The notes below the pieces were generated by a model. It saw only the letters and a program-made list of their open reading frames with translations. It was not told the DNA's origin and ran no database searches. DNA of 64,000 nucleotides, taken from the NCBI GenBank assembly GCA_964016885.1, contig OZ024745.1, positions 26,288,001 through 26,352,000 of the forward strand, given 5' to 3'. This DNA is from Eledone cirrhosa. Its lineage: Eukaryota. Shown here piece by piece: positions 40,853 to 56,606 of the stretch. A program made the position numbers and the translations under genes. The number at the start of each line of letters is the position of its first letter. Position 1 is the stretch's first letter.

Positions 40853-42044
40853 TCTAGGGCGGGTAAAATTTCCGAGATCCATGGACGAGTTCTCTCCAGC
40901 GGTCTCTGTCCCTCATTATCGCTGCCATGTCATGCGTCTCCAACAGACCAGTGTCTGTCCTTAGGGCATCAACATACGTTAACCTTGGTCTTCCTCTTCC
41001 AGTGTGTCCATGTAGGGGCTCCCGCAGGAGCACTGAGTGCAATGTCAACTCTGGATGTTGGTGAGCATGTTCAGCTAACCTCAGTCTCCTCTGTGTCACT
41101 TTTGAGCTGACTTTTGGGAGGCTCCCATACAGCTCTGAGTTTTTCATCCTCAGTGTATACTGACTAATGTTCAGAGCCATCCTCAGCATTCTCGTGTAGC
41201 ACCCATCCACCATCTGAGTGAGTTTCTTGGTCAGTGTCCAAGTCTCAGACCCGTACAGCAGCACAGACTCCACTACAGCAATGAAGAGGCGGATTTTCAG
41301 GTCTTTACGAAGGTCCGACTTCCACACCGATCTCAAGCTGTGGCACGCCGCCCAGGCTTTGCTCTTCCTTTCAACTACATCATCTTCCGTATTCCCAATC
41401 TTTGCTCCTAAATACAGGAAGTCCTCAACCAATTCTAGCGGCTTCCCGCCTACCTTAGTGATCCCCTCTGGCTTCTCAACATTCTCTACCAGATATATTG
41501 TTTTAGTCTCATTCGTTCTCAGCCACACACTCATCGACACAGTCTCAACCTCCTGCATCAAATCCTCTGCCTCCTTCACTGTATTTGTCGTCGGCAAATT
41601 CAGCATCCGATATCTTTTTCGCCTTAACTCTCCTGCTTTGAGCCGGTGCTACAGTAAAGCCAGAGTCCTGGTGTTTCTCCAGTGCACGGCGCATACAATG
41701 GTCCACTACGATGATAAAAAGGTAGGGAGCCAATGTATCAACAGGATGATTCTTAACAGGATCCAGCCTCAAATGGAGAAGTAGCTCAGAGACAACCAGA
41801 ACGGCTTCAGAGAGGGAAGATCAAACATCCTGATGTTGAGGAGGATATTGAAGGGAGCTAGAGTAAAGTGCCTTCCTGCGGTGATGGTTTTCATTGACTT
41901 TAGGAAGGCCTTTGATTCTGTGGACCGTCACTGCCTAATGAAGATCTTACAGGCTTATGGAATCCCCAAGAAGATAGTGGACCTGATATCACTGCTCTAC
42001 ACCAACACCAAAGTCATTACACCTGATGGGATGACAGAGTTCTT

Positions 42045-42050
<6 letters not shown>
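40852..42050 (-). mobile_element. RTE-like non-LTR retrotransposon fragment with inverted 5' part
   Basis: Minus ~41739>40854: DTLAPYLF...FADD...FLYLG...LLYGSETWTL...GRGRPR. Plus ~41740-42050: LNRI...QNGFR...FIDFRKAFDSV...YGIP...TEFFDI. (TA)n on both sides. Confidence 0.88.
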
Positions 42051-42075
<25 letters not shown>

Positions 42076-42423
42076 ACATTCTTCCCACCGAAGTTAACAA
42101 AGAACTTACTAGATCTACCAACTCATAATATTATAATATTATAAAATTAAATAAAATTATTTAGAACTATAGGTGAAGTCATTCCTTTCCTTTTTTTCAA
42201 AAAAAAAAAAATATATATATATATATGAAATATATGAAATATAAGAATCAAAGAACTGTTCAAAACATTATTGTGCTTACAGCTGTTTCCTCCAAACCGA
42301 GGTTTGGATTCTTCGGAGCAATTTATTAATGCATGGACAGTTATATGACCTCCTTATCAGCCGAGAGACATACCAATACATATTCAAACATTGATACATA
42401 TTCAAACATATATATATATATAC

Positions 42424-42503
<80 letters not shown>

Positions 42504-42514
42504 ATAATATATAT

Positions 42515-42545
<31 letters not shown>

Positions 42546-42567
42546 GTATGTATATATATATATACAT

Positions 42568-42649
<82 letters not shown>

Positions 42650-42747
42650 ATGTATGTATATATTATTTATTATTATAATTTGGGTTGGGTCATGCTGCCA
42701 ATAAAAACGCACGCACCAAATAAAAAAACGAAGTATATATATATATA

Positions 42748-42835
<88 letters not shown>

Positions 42836-43189
42836 GGTGTGTGTGTGTGCGTGTGTGTGTGTGTTTGGGCGTGTGTATTTAATGTGTTCTCGTAGGTGCA
42901 CTCATGTGTGTTGTTGTGTGATTGATACCATGTTTACGTTTCTGGCTGTAGCTATGTTTGTGTTTATATCACGTAATCTAGACGCTAAACAAAAAGCAGA
43001 TCGATGAAATAAGAACCACACCAAGAAAAAGAAATACAGCCTGGATATGATTGATCCATTACATGAAGGCAATACGCAGCATGGTAGCAGTCTAATGAAG
43101 AAAACGAGTAAAAGTTTACAGAAATAATAGACCATTCGTGATGTGGTCTCAGTGCATAAAATATTTGGTTTCAGTTCTTTGGTGAAGCT

Positions 43190-43410
43190 AATACCGGTCA
43201 CTCTCCGACAGGTTTGCGGTCGTACTCTAGGCAGTGGACACTTCTGGTGTCCTCGGCCCTAGGGCTACCTCTCTACTCACCACCATAGGCGCCGAGCTGT
43301 CTAGCCGCAGGTGTGAGCCTCGCGAGTTGGAATAGCTCTTCCAGCGCGTCACCCTTGCCGTCCTCCCGGCCTTCTCCATTCTGTCCACCGGGGCTGTGGG
43401 GAGGCCATCA
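43190..43410 (+). pseudogene. C-terminal fragment of a CRE-like (RLE) non-LTR element
   Basis: Frame from 43201: LSDRFAVVL*AVDTSGVLGP...IG...PRE..LFQRVTLAV...SILST. GC-rich island in AT-rich DNA. Confidence 0.55.
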
Positions 43411-45171
43411 ATATGATTGACTGACTTGTCATTTTATCATGTACTTATTATATATCTATATCTATCTCATGCTTATGAATAAAACTCATCTTCTTACATT
43501 TGGAAAAGTTTAGATATTTGAAGAGCTGAGTGGCTAGTCCAAAAGAAAAATATATTGTCTCTTATTTGATCCATATATCTTTTTTATTTATTTTCTCTCA
43601 TTGCTGTAAAATCTTTAATAAGCCACATAAAATGTGTATAACGCCTGCAGTCTTGGTTGAGCTATCTTCTTTCGTGTCAGTATTGCTCTTTAGAAAGGCA
43701 TTAGACGGACACAATCTTGTTTTGTGTCTCATATAAATACGAGAGATTCTTTCTATGTAAGAATCCATATTGTTTTATAATTGTTCTTAATAATTGTTTT
43801 CATAATTGTTATTTTTCTCTCTCATGGCATTGGGTAAATAATTATTACCGAATGACAAAGTACAACAACAACAAAAAAAGAAGAAAAACAGACGAAAAAT
43901 ATGTAAATTATTCACACAAAAAAGCTATATCTGTTTCAAACTGCAAAGATAAAACTTAGATATTTCTCACAAAGTAGAACCACGGATATTTTCTCTTCTC
44001 CGTCTTTATTCCCTTCCCGCCATCATCTTCCTTCCTTGTCCTCCTCTTCCTTCTCCACCCCTACCTTCTATTACTTTACCGTTGCTCAACTTCGGCTTGG
44101 GTGGTCTTAATTCGAAATACTGTCAACTGGGAATCTTATTTTTATCAATTTATATACATATTTATTTGTGGGGACAATATTTTCTTTTTAATTTCTATAT
44201 TTATTATTGTTTTAGTTTCTAGTTTTCACTGAGCTTTCGGTTTGGTTTCTTATGATAGACGCAAAGAAACATATATTTACAAACAGACAAACACTTACAT
44301 ACGTGCACATATAGAGACACACGCATATAGAGACACACGGACCAACCTATAGACACTCATGCAATTACACACAAACACACACACATACCATCCCATGAAG
44401 GAATACATGGGTCAAAATGGTTCCTGTTTAGATGTTTAAGGAAGTGACAGAAACATTCATGAAGTCCCAGAGATGCTGACATTGTAATATATGCTAAATT
44501 GAATCTCAGATTTTTCTTAAGAAGTCTACAAGGACACACACATGCATAGACACATACAATCCCATACGTATACAGAAACCCTAATTCATTTTGTATATAT
44601 ACACATTTACATTCATTCAGAAATTTATACTCACACAACCATACTTTGTACACTCAAGATCCAGAACGGGTAGAAAACTTATCGGGTAAATCTCACGTGT
44701 ATTCGATCTCTTTGATTCAAATGAGGTGTAAAGTGAGGACGTTAATTCCTTGTAAAAACACAGTTCTGTGAAGTCTAAGTTGGCATTGTACTGTTTACAA
44801 AACTCCATACGTGGAGAATCTTAGGGTTTAGGGATTTATATCGCTACATACAAATACCCATGCTTATATGGATGTCCTCGTGTTTCTTTGGGAGGGGATA
44901 GTGCCATACACACACACAAACACAAACGCACACATGCACACACACATACATGCACATTATATATTCTTCGACTTTTTAAAATCTCTCTCTCTCTCTCTCT
45001 CACTTTCTATATATATACATTAGACTAAAAAATTACAGATATGCACCAGTGTGAACACATATGCACATGCACACACATCAAACATACGTATATGTATTTT
45101 ATAGATAAAATTCCAATCTGTTTTTCATATTTACACAGTTTCTGAATGTGTGATTTATACGCCCACGCTTT

Positions 45172-45211
<40 letters not shown>

Positions 45212-45875
45212 TCGCAGACATAGCTGTGTAGCTAAGTGGTGTTCCGAAAAAAGTGGTCGAGAGAAAGCTTTGGACTAGCTTCAGTGTATTGGATGAAAAA
45301 TTAAATGAATGAATGAAAAGAATATATTTCCCTAGAAATTGAGATGATAGTGGCATGTGTGTAGTAAATTTATATATTTCTGGTGAGGCAACTAACGACG
45401 TTGAACAATATTGAACGAAGTTATTAAAGTGTAGAATGCAAGGAGGACTATGATGAAAAATAAACCTCATTTGGTCATATTCCATGAGAGTATATTGCTC
45501 AGCCTATAAATATTTCTGCCAACGTAGCTGGCTGCATGTTTTAAGTAAATCTCTAAAACTGTTTGGTAAGACGAAGAATCCAGAGAATATTCAAGTATTG
45601 ACACACAAAAAAAAGATATTGTAAGTGGGATGTTGCTATAAATTTAACTTCCCTTGTGTCTCATATCATGTCTCGGTACAAATCTGAAATTCGGTTAGTA
45701 GAGATTGAAAATGACAAAATCACAACTATTTCCGATGTTGGTTTGTCAAGCATTCGGCTGATTGAGTGTGTCGCATTTTACAGGAAGATGGGATTGGGGG
45801 CCCTTATGGTTGTCATCCCAAATACACTTATGTAGACTCCTTCGAACATTCTGTCTTCCAATCTGTCTTCCTCTC

Positions 45876-45948
<73 letters not shown>

Positions 45949-46279
45949 CTCACTCTCTCATACACACGCACACACGTATACATGTTTATATATATATGTG
46001 TATCTATACATATATATATATATGTTTATATATATATGTATCTATACATATATATATATATATTTATGTATATATATATATATGTATCTATATATATATA
46101 TGTATATGTTTATATATATGTATCTATACATATATATACATCTTTATATATATATATATATATATGTATACTCACATATAATATATATATACACATGTAA
46201 TATATATATCTCGTATATATATATATATATGTAACTCACATATAATATATATATATATACATATAATATATATATACTC

Positions 46280-46365
<86 letters not shown>

Positions 46366-48778
46366 ATCTTCTACTTATATTTGCAATGGAATGGAACTCC
46401 TTCTGTTTCGATGATGAGTATTCCAACTGTTCGATGAGAAGTATAGCCTGCATATACTTAACGTTATTCTCAGGGAGATTCAGGGTGGCACACTATGTTA
46501 TAAGGCTGGCTCTTTGAATTACAAGCACCGTCTATGCAATAATCTTCCCAAAAATATCCGTCTTCCTAATTTTACTCAAAAAATATGATCCGACACTAAG
46601 CTATTATATGGTTTTGTTCGTTTTCGAACCTGAATTGCAAGCCTTCCAACATATATTCATACATTTTATAATTAAGATTTCCTTATGCTCATGTTCGTAG
46701 ATTTGGAATCTGTTTCTGAACTGTGAACTTTTAAATAGTTTTGTTCGTCAATTGTTTGGTATATTGTTTGCCCTTCATAAGTTGTTGATTTTCCAATATC
46801 GTTTTACTTTTTATCATTGTAAACAATAATGAGATTCCTATGAATATAATTACAAATTTTAATATTTTTCGGAGTGTATATATAAATGGAAGTACGTTTT
46901 ATATATTAACATTTTACCGTCCATAATTCTTGAATATTTATATCTTGTGTTCTTCCTATTCCACTTTTCATGATACTAGACCAAATATTCGAAGAACTAC
47001 AAAATATATGTTTCTCTGAGGCTTCCTCTCTAATATAGAGAAAAATGGAATAGAAAGAGCAAAACTTATACATAGGGAAGAATAACGGACAGTAAAATGT
47101 AAGTCAAAATACAATGGACGATAGGTCTCATTCTCACTTGCAGTGTTGAATTGTATAGCGTACAGTGTGATAGACGGGCATTGCTCCTATTTTCTAGACT
47201 GTCAGCGGATGTCATCTCTCTAGCTTTGGAAAGATTCCAGCTTTATGAAAACGGTATCGAGTGACCTTTATTGGATTGACTGAACTGGTTCTAGGGTGGT
47301 TAACATAATCCGATGTACAACATCTAGCAGTTGTTTGTCCTTAGCCGAGTCCCACTGTTGCAAGCATCTTTCGAAAAGACCATAAGATTTGAAGTTGCTT
47401 ATTGTAGCAAATGAGGAGTCAAGATATTTACAAATCCTATGTAGCCACCAGGCACGGCAGTCGACCCGTCTCCTTTGACTAAGCCAGAAAAATATGTTTT
47501 TTTTTTATTTTAACATCTTTTGTCATTTTTTCTCTCTTGTTTCTGTTGTATAGCATCTTCACCATAGTCCCAAAGTTTTCTAATACACCAACATATAGAC
47601 AACATTCACACAATCAACTATATTTTAGTTAGTATTAACATCTTCATTGCAGCTGATTAGAAAAAATTATGTGGTGAGAGGAAAAAATCAATAATCCTCA
47701 AAAGAAGCCTAGTTGTCCTACGCCAGACCGTGTAATCTGATAAATTTACCAAGAGACACCATATTCTCGACGATAGGGAATTGCAAAGTATAGTGAATTC
47801 TATGCATCCTTCATGAGATCATACTGGTCAAAAGTTGTCTCCCTAATTACCGAATTAATTAAAACAATATAATTCGCTGACTAATGCTGATATATTTCTC
47901 ACCGAATACTGACTTTTATGTTAGCTTTATAATGCTCACTGCATTAAATATGTTTACACTAACGTAAATAACTAATAAGATGTTACTTTAGGTATTATAC
48001 TTTCTGTTAATCTTGTTGTTATGACAGTTATTGTCGTCGTCGTTCACACCATCGTCATTGCTACTGTCAGCAGTAATAAGCCGTTGATGTTGTTCTTGTT
48101 TTTTTTGTCTATGTTTGCTGTATAGTCCAGCTGTGTTCTAGAACATTTGATATCTAATACATGTTAATTGACAGAAACGAAGTAGCCGCTCGACATTAAA
48201 CGTCTTTAATCTGAACTTATTATCAGATGATCGATAGGATAAATGAAGCAATTCAACAGTACAAATATAATAATTTATAGCCGTAATTCTACAATTAACT
48301 ATTAAATGAAATTCAAAATAATAATAAGAAGAATAACAAAGATTATTTTTGTTGGTAAGTGTTGAAAGACTGGGATGGGTGGAGATCATTGGCTGATGGA
48401 TTTAAAGAAAGGGGATTCTTTAAAAAACTATATTTAGAGAAAAATACACACAAGGCACTGATTTCATTTCTACACTAGGGCTTGATGAACATAACCACAA
48501 GGATATGATCCGAACGTGGAAGAGCCGCACTCACACTGTCATCGCCGCCATCTCTTTCACCCTCCTCATCTCTCCGTATGGTGATCAAATAGGGTCCCAC
48601 GTGCTGGCTTCGAATTTGTCTTTATATATTCATACATATATATAAACATATCTATTTATTCAAATAATTGTCATATACGGTAACTAAATCTCTGCAAATA
48701 TTCACACAAACATAGACATATATACTTAAATACACACATACATATATTTCTTACTCTCCCATTCACTCTATTTCTCTC

Positions 48779-48826
<48 letters not shown>

Positions 48827-49251
48827 TACAAGTTAATATAAATTAATATATGATAAACACATAAGTGTTTGTATTGTAAAAGACGAAGTTAGCTAGAATG
48901 AAATAAACTAATTCAAATAAATATAGTTTGCCTGTGTCGATTTAAAATAATAAATCAATAAAAACAAACCCATATTGGCAATAACTGTGATACCTGGACA
49001 AATTTAAATTTCAAAATCCAAATAAGTTTCGCAACGATAGTATAAAAAAAGTGAAAGATTCCATTTTCTGTGTTCATCAACAGGTATCCAGAAAATTAGG
49101 ATGTTTCACCTCTAAATATTTTTGGAGGTCTGGTGTACAAGCGCAAACGCACGTGGTTTTCCAGTTCACTAGCTATCTCATACTCACGGCGCTAGAAATA
49201 ACAGCTGTTTATATGGGATTAAAAATTAGCTCAACAAAAGGAGCCGTAATA

Positions 49252-49285
<34 letters not shown>

Positions 49286-49362
49286 ACGAAGGAAGTGTGG
49301 TAAGGAACCAGATCTAGCTGTCGAAACGGCCGGAGCTCAGCCGTCGGGGTCCTGACTCTCTT

Positions 49363-49399
<37 letters not shown>

Positions 49400-49556
49400 G
49401 ATAATAAATTATCGTTATAGGTAATCCAGTTAGAGGTTGTGAGTACTTCGTATTGTCGATAGTTTAACGTACGGCGTTGTTTGACTCAACAAGAGGTTTC
49501 CTTAGTTAGGTTGCGAGTTGTCGGGAATTCCTATGCAGGTTAATCTTGGAATATTA

Positions 49557-49750
49557 ATAGTGAAAGAGTGAAGAATAACATGGTCAACAGTACAAAGGGG
49601 TTTTATTTACAGTATTAACAATTGTTTCATTGATTAGGGTGTCTAAAAATTGCTAATCACTTGAAGTTGTACACAATGAAACAATTGTTAATACTGTAAA
49701 TAAAACCCTTTTTATACTGTTGAGCATGTTATTCTTCACTCTTTCACTAT
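49557..49750. mobile_element. Fold-back element with a hammerhead-like 3' half
   Basis: Arms 49557-49632 / 49674-49750; GAAA-caattg-T (palindromic ACAATTGT); ends in (TA)n. Confidence 0.65.
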
Positions 49751-50202
49751 ATATATATATATATATATATATAAAGTAGATATGTATGTATATGTACATG
49801 GTAAAAGACAGACACTACTGCAGAAAGACAAGTAGTGACATCGACCCTGGAAACCACGTGTGTTAGAAGCTATTAACAACATGACCATCTGATTAAAGAA
49901 ATTCCAGACCAACACATCTAAGACGTGCTGCAAAAACAGAGTCTATATTTTAAGATAAAAGAAACTGTAGACGCAAGACACATACATGAAAGGATGTGAT
50001 GGAATTCTTTTCTAAACCATTATAGTAGTAAAAGGAAATAAATAAGAAAAACAAATGTTTTTAACTCAATATCATGGAATGATCATTAGTATCATAATAC
50101 TCTCCTTTGGAAAGTATTTGATATGGGAAGGTGGAAGTGATGAAGATATTAGTAGCGATAGTGGTGGCAGTAATGACAGTGGTGGTAGAACTGGTGATGA
50201 TG

Positions 50203-50238
<36 letters not shown>

Positions 50239-50270
50239 TATGTAGTAGTAGTAGTAGTAGTAGTAGTAGT
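50203..50270. repeat. (TAG)n microsatellite
   Basis: Direct inspection. Confidence 0.9.
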
Positions 50271-50515
50271 AATGATTGTTTTGCATAATAAAACAAACAA
50301 TATGGCTTCACAGGTTTAGAATATTTTAAAATTACTGTTATTTTAATAGGTTTATTCGTTAATCTCATTTTATTTCACGTATTTTTCTTTAATTCTATTT
50401 TCTAAACGTCTCTCTCTTTATCATTCTGTTTATCACTCTAACTCCCACGTTCTCTCCTTCAGTCTTTCTCTCTCTGTCTCTCTCTCACTCTGTATATATA
50501 TATATATATATATGC

Positions 50516-50573
<58 letters not shown>

Positions 50574-50685
50574 ATATCTAAAATATACTCTTTCTCTCTG
50601 TTTATATAATTGACTTCTAATACTTTATCTCTTTCTTCTCTCTTTAAAACCCCTCCTCCTTCATTCATAGCCTCGTTAAGCCGAT

Positions 50686-50723
<38 letters not shown>

Positions 50724-50745
50724 TCTCTTTCTCTCTCACTCGGTC

Positions 50746-50832
<87 letters not shown>

Positions 50833-51105
50833 CTCTCTCTATTACTCTATCTTTCTCCCCCTCTCTCTCTCTACCTCCATTCTGACTCTCATAGATATTT
50901 TTACTTATTTTTTCTTCATGATATTTTATGTTAATTTTCTCTTTCTTGCTGTTAAGATTATTTTCATAACTCTTTCATAACAACCAGATGTGCAAGCAAC
51001 ACGATTATACAGACAAGCACATAAACCTGATTATATATATATATATATATGTGTATATATATATATATATATATACATACACACATATATATATATATAT
51101 ATATA

Positions 51106-51173
<68 letters not shown>

Positions 51174-51334
51174 TATACACACGTTCTAATAGACATACAC
51201 AGACATGCACACACATATACATGTATATGTTTTTGATTCCAGGTTTACACATGCATTTATGTTGTTTATGCATGTGTGTGTTTATATGTATGATTGCATT
51301 TCCAAATATGTAAGTCGGTATGTATATGCATATA

Positions 51335-51378
<44 letters not shown>

Positions 51379-51442
51379 TATTTATATATATATATTATTA
51401 CTATTATTACTCTAAGATTAGCTTACATAGGAACTCCTGAGA

Positions 51443-51490
<48 letters not shown>

Positions 51491-51704
51491 AAATGTATTT
51501 AACTAAATAAAAAGTTGAAGGTCAAATGAAGTGTTTATATTATCGATTGTTCGCAAAGTCTCGACAGCCTTGGACTTGGGCATGATCCACTAATGAATTG
51601 GTACACAAACACACACGTACACATATAAACATGAACATGCATGCACTTAGAAACACGTATATACATATATATACACAAACATACCCATATACATATATAT
51701 ATAT

Positions 51705-51900
51705 AGTAATAATAATAAATTTGAAGACTAAAATCCAAAGAGGGCTCGATAAGGATAAATATATATCAAATATATAAAAACCCTAGAGCAAATATTTATT
51801 AAAGTAACAGATTAAAGTTTAAGCAAGTTTCAGAAGATCCCGTTGAGGGTGAAAGCAGCGATTCTTTGCTTAAACTTTAATCTGTTATTTTAATAAATAA
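51705..51900. repeat. Rearranged copy of the 'cagattaaagtttaagc' family
   Basis: Pieces are reverse complements of 61385-61530; internal inverted repeat aacagattaaagtttaagcaa / ttgcttaaactttaatctgtt. Confidence 0.7.
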
Positions 51901-51912
51901 ATAAATAAATAA

Positions 51913-51949
<37 letters not shown>

Positions 51950-52676
51950 ACTTATATAGCTAAGTATATATCTGTATAACATAATTGTATATATATATAT
52001 ATATACACGAAGGTCGGCTGAAAAGTTCTTAGGCTGACCAAGAAATTTTCTTTGACGACAGGTTAATCTGTACATATTCACAGGAACTGTCTGATACGAT
52101 GATTGGGTATATAATGTGAAAATATAATTTTCTTGAGCATTAGGGCATTAGGACCTATAAAACGTAAATTGAGATTGACTGGCCTTATTTTGTATTGGAA
52201 GGATTTCTAGCTTATATGATAAATACACGGAAAATAAGGGACGTTAGCACAAATCTACGAAGAAACATAAAGGTTGTTTGACATAGACGAAATAGGAAAC
52301 TTAATTAAGAATTGGGAAGGATTGACAGCAAAATGAGGGACATGAGAGAGCTAAGCTGCTTTGTGCAGCCTAGAAATGTAAAACACAGAATTCTCTCTTG
52401 GACGAGGAACAAAGAAGGAACTAACAGAAAAAAAACATATATCCGCATCTTCCTTCTTCTTTCGTCTAGGGTTGAATTGATTACTCACTTAGAATCACGT
52501 TTGACAGACAAGAATTTTGAAATGCTCAAACATTATCATACCACAGAACAACAATAGAAATCAAGAAATACAACTGGTAGTGCTATATACCTGCGAAATT
52601 TAGCAAGACGTGTTAGATGTATTTAAAAGGAAAGAGAGAAAGAGCGCAAAATATGGTCATATTCGGGAGCACAGAA

Positions 52677-52766
<90 letters not shown>

Positions 52767-53249
52767 CTGAATTTTGGGGGGTACCTTGTAATATATATAT
52801 ATATATATATATATACTTCTGGGTCAGTTCGGATCTAGATCTCGAAACAGCCGGAGCTCAGCCGTCGGGCTCCTGACTCTTTTCCTATTACCCACTCTAC
52901 TACCCTAAGTATCGAGTACTCTGGTGCATTATGCTCCATCCGGTTCCTTATGTATATATATATATATATATACAGGGTGGCGTAACATTCACGAGCCACT
53001 CTAATCATCATTTTATGAACATTTATCACATTTACTTACAAAAATAACAAATATGAAAATATTATGGCAAATGTTATTTTACTAGTGTAGATAGATAGAA
53101 AGTTACATTTATACATACATACATATATATACATACACACATACATATATACACACATACATACACGCATACACACATACATACATACATACATACATAC
53201 ATACATACATACATACATACATACATACATACATACATACATACATACA

Positions 53250-54646
53250 TGGACGATAGACGAAATCCGAGCAGTTGATGTTGGAACTCGAAAAATACTG
53301 AACACCGGAAACTTCCACATCAACAGTGACATAGACCGCCTTTACTTGAAACGTAAGCAGGGAGGCAGAGGCCTAACATCAGTCCAGACAACATTTGAAT
53401 GTCGCATCATATCTCTCCGACAACATCTACGAACCTCGAAGCGTAGGATCCCGCTTCTCGAGCAAGTCTATCTGCATGAAACAGATAAGATCATGAGAGT
53501 TGGGAAGGAACTCCTTGAGAGATATTCCCTGTGTGATAATCAAAAACTCACACCCAGGGATGTCGCTCAGCAGTATCGCAGTGAATCCATGGATGGAAAA
53601 CTGCATGCCTATCAGCAAAAAATCATGCATGGATATGTTGCCAGGAAGCTCCAGAGTGAGAGTAGTATAGATAAGGAAAGTAGTCTATCTTGGACCAACA
53701 ACCGCTATATTGGCTCCCACTTTGAAGGATACGCTTTTGCAATCCAAAAACAGGACATTAGCACGAAATACCTGATTCACAAAAGAGACAGGGATGCAGG
53801 CAAAACACCTAGATGTGATAACAAGTACAGGCTCTGCAGAACTAACATCGAGGATATCACCCATATCATCAGCAGCTGTCCAAAGATGTCATCGCGGTAC
53901 TATCTACCTATGAGGCATGATGTAGTGGCCAAAACACTGTACAATGCAGTTCGTAAAAAAGTTAGCCCCGATAATAAACACATTAAAAGCTACAACAATG
54001 TGGAAGACATCCATGTAGATAATATGAAAGAGTACTGGTGGAATGTTCCAATAAAAACCCCAATAAAATGCAGGCATAACAGACCAGATATTATGATATG
54101 GGACAGGTAGAAGAAAACATGTACAGTAGTGGAAATTAGCTGCCCAGCAGATGCCAAAAAATATCAAAGATTAGTGAAAAGGAGAATATTTATGCAGAAC
54201 TGATGAGAAATCTGCAGATACTCCACCCTGATTACACCTTCAGATTTATGCCTGTGATTATTGTGGCACTGGGATATGTTAGTAGCTGCCTCAATACAAA
54301 TCTTGAGAAGCTAGGCTTCACAGGAACAGAAAGAACACAACTGGTTAGGAAACTACAAGTACAATCCATTAACGGAACAGTAAAAATATGTAAAACATTC
54401 CAAAAATGTTGCATCTAATAACTGCATATACACATGTACAGATACAGAGCATATACACATGCACACATACAACTCAAAACATACACATTCACACATACAA
54501 TAACACCCATATCTACACATGCATGCATACATACATATCTACCTAGTTGATGTTGTGTGAATTCCAATGAGAGAGTCTTGTGTTTATGTTAGAAACCGAC
54601 TCTCTCTCTATTGGTAAAACTTTGTGAAATTATAAAACCAGAAGGA
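53250..54646 (+). mobile_element. R4/Dong-like RLE non-LTR retrotransposon, 5'-truncated, inside (CATA)n
   Basis: RLYLKRKQGGRGL, zinc knuckle (Y)RLC...HIISSCP, RHD, RPDIMIWD...VVEISCP. Stop at 54108 and a frameshift. (CATA)n on both flanks. Confidence 0.85.
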
Positions 54647-56392
54647 CATACATACATACATACATACATACATACATACATACATACATACATACATACA
54701 TACATACATACATACATACATACATAACATGAGAACAATGTTGATGATTGTGTTTGGCGATAGACTATATTAGTGGTCGTAAACATTTAAATTAGACACT
54801 TGTGTTCCAATTCATATTGAACGGACTATTGAAATAGAGTTATTCTCATCTGCCACGCATCCTCACGGGATGATTTGCAATAGCTTTTGGGGTAGGTGAG
54901 AGATGTCTTCTCTTGTGAAAATGGGTATAGCTTTCATTATGTAAAATCTCCCAATTTAGCCCCATTTCCCTCTGTTTTGAAGCACATTTGTCCATGGTAC
55001 TCCCCATTTGGTTTTCTTTTTTTTTTAGAGTTTGACAGGTCTGATATTCTAATAGCTAGGCTATTTGAATACCTGCATAACATATTTTGCAAAATGTTAG
55101 GATTAACGTTACCAGCATCGACATTGAATTCGCTGTAGTCCGGTTCTTATTTTATAAATCTGCTAGAGCCTTGACCCAAACGATTGTTAATCTATCGGAG
55201 TCAACGTAGGACAATCTACGTGAACTAGAAATACCCTCATGATCATGACATTTGATCATGGATCTGCTCATTCAGTGACTACGTAGGATTACACAGCACC
55301 ATAACAGTCAACATGCACTAAATTCTACGAGAAATTCTCAAAATCAATAGCCACAATAACAATAATTATAACAGCACAATTCGGATTACTTAATTTTAGA
55401 AACATTATGCCTGAAAAATAGGGCATGGTCACAGCTGATATTTGATGATAGTTCCATTGAATCAGAATTGACGGGTAAATAAAATACAACAGATGTGATA
55501 GGTTTTTCAATCATTGGCAACTTCATTATGTTCCTTAAAGATCTGACTAAAATACTACCACAAAATACTTTCAGTTATAACATGAGTTCGATATAATCGA
55601 TTGTTCCCTACACCCAGAACTTGCGGAATCTTTTCTTTGTTACAAATCAATATTCTACATTACTATACTTTCCTTCTTTATTTTCAACAATAACATAAAA
55701 ACCACAATTAATGTTTTGCCCGTCGTTATTGTCATTATAATGGAGGTATCAATTGAAAGGCTCGCCTGTAGGCCATTTTGCTACACGGTGTTTAACATCG
55801 AAAACGCGCCAGCTGACAACACTTTGTCGCCACTAAAAAAGAAACTAAACCAATAACGGCTGCTTGAACTGAACACCAGCTTTTTTCATTTTAAAAACCC
55901 TTCCTAGTTAACACTACTATTGCCTTTTTCATTATATTTATTATGTTTGTTGATATCATTATTATTATTATTATTATTAATATTATTATTATGTATATGT
56001 TGTATGGTTGTGTTTTTTGTGGGTTTTATTGTTAATACCCCAATTTTAAACTGAAGGTTGTGATTACAATTTACAATTACTGCCAAAGAAAATAGGCCAC
56101 GCACTTAAGTATGGTTTTGATATTTTAATTTGTTTTGTTACCAGTTAGAGTTATATGGACTTAAGATTATTATTATTACTTTTTTTTTCTTTTGGCTTTA
56201 ATATGATTCCTTATAGGTTGACTTACAAATTAAATAAAGAAATGTCGTTAAAAGTATAGATATCAAAGTGTGTACCATGTGTGAGTATGTGTTTATCTGC
56301 ATAACATACGCCTATTATACGTATTTATGTATGAGTGTATAAGCGCACATAAATATTCCTGGTTTGTATATATATATATATATATGTGTGTG

Positions 56393-56448
<56 letters not shown>

Positions 56449-56475
56449 TAAATATATATATATATACACACTTAC

Positions 56476-56522
<47 letters not shown>

Positions 56523-56527
56523 AACAT

Positions 56528-56606
<79 letters not shown>

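Noticed and set aside
41218-41784. 188-aa plus-strand ORF
   Set aside because: Antisense shadow of the LINE RT frame; only its last residues belong to the inverted RT piece.
52005-53000. Possible Tc1/mariner TIR starts (acgaaggtcggctgaaaagtt at ~52006; tacagggtgg at 52971)
   Set aside because: No partner TIR or transposase found in the window.
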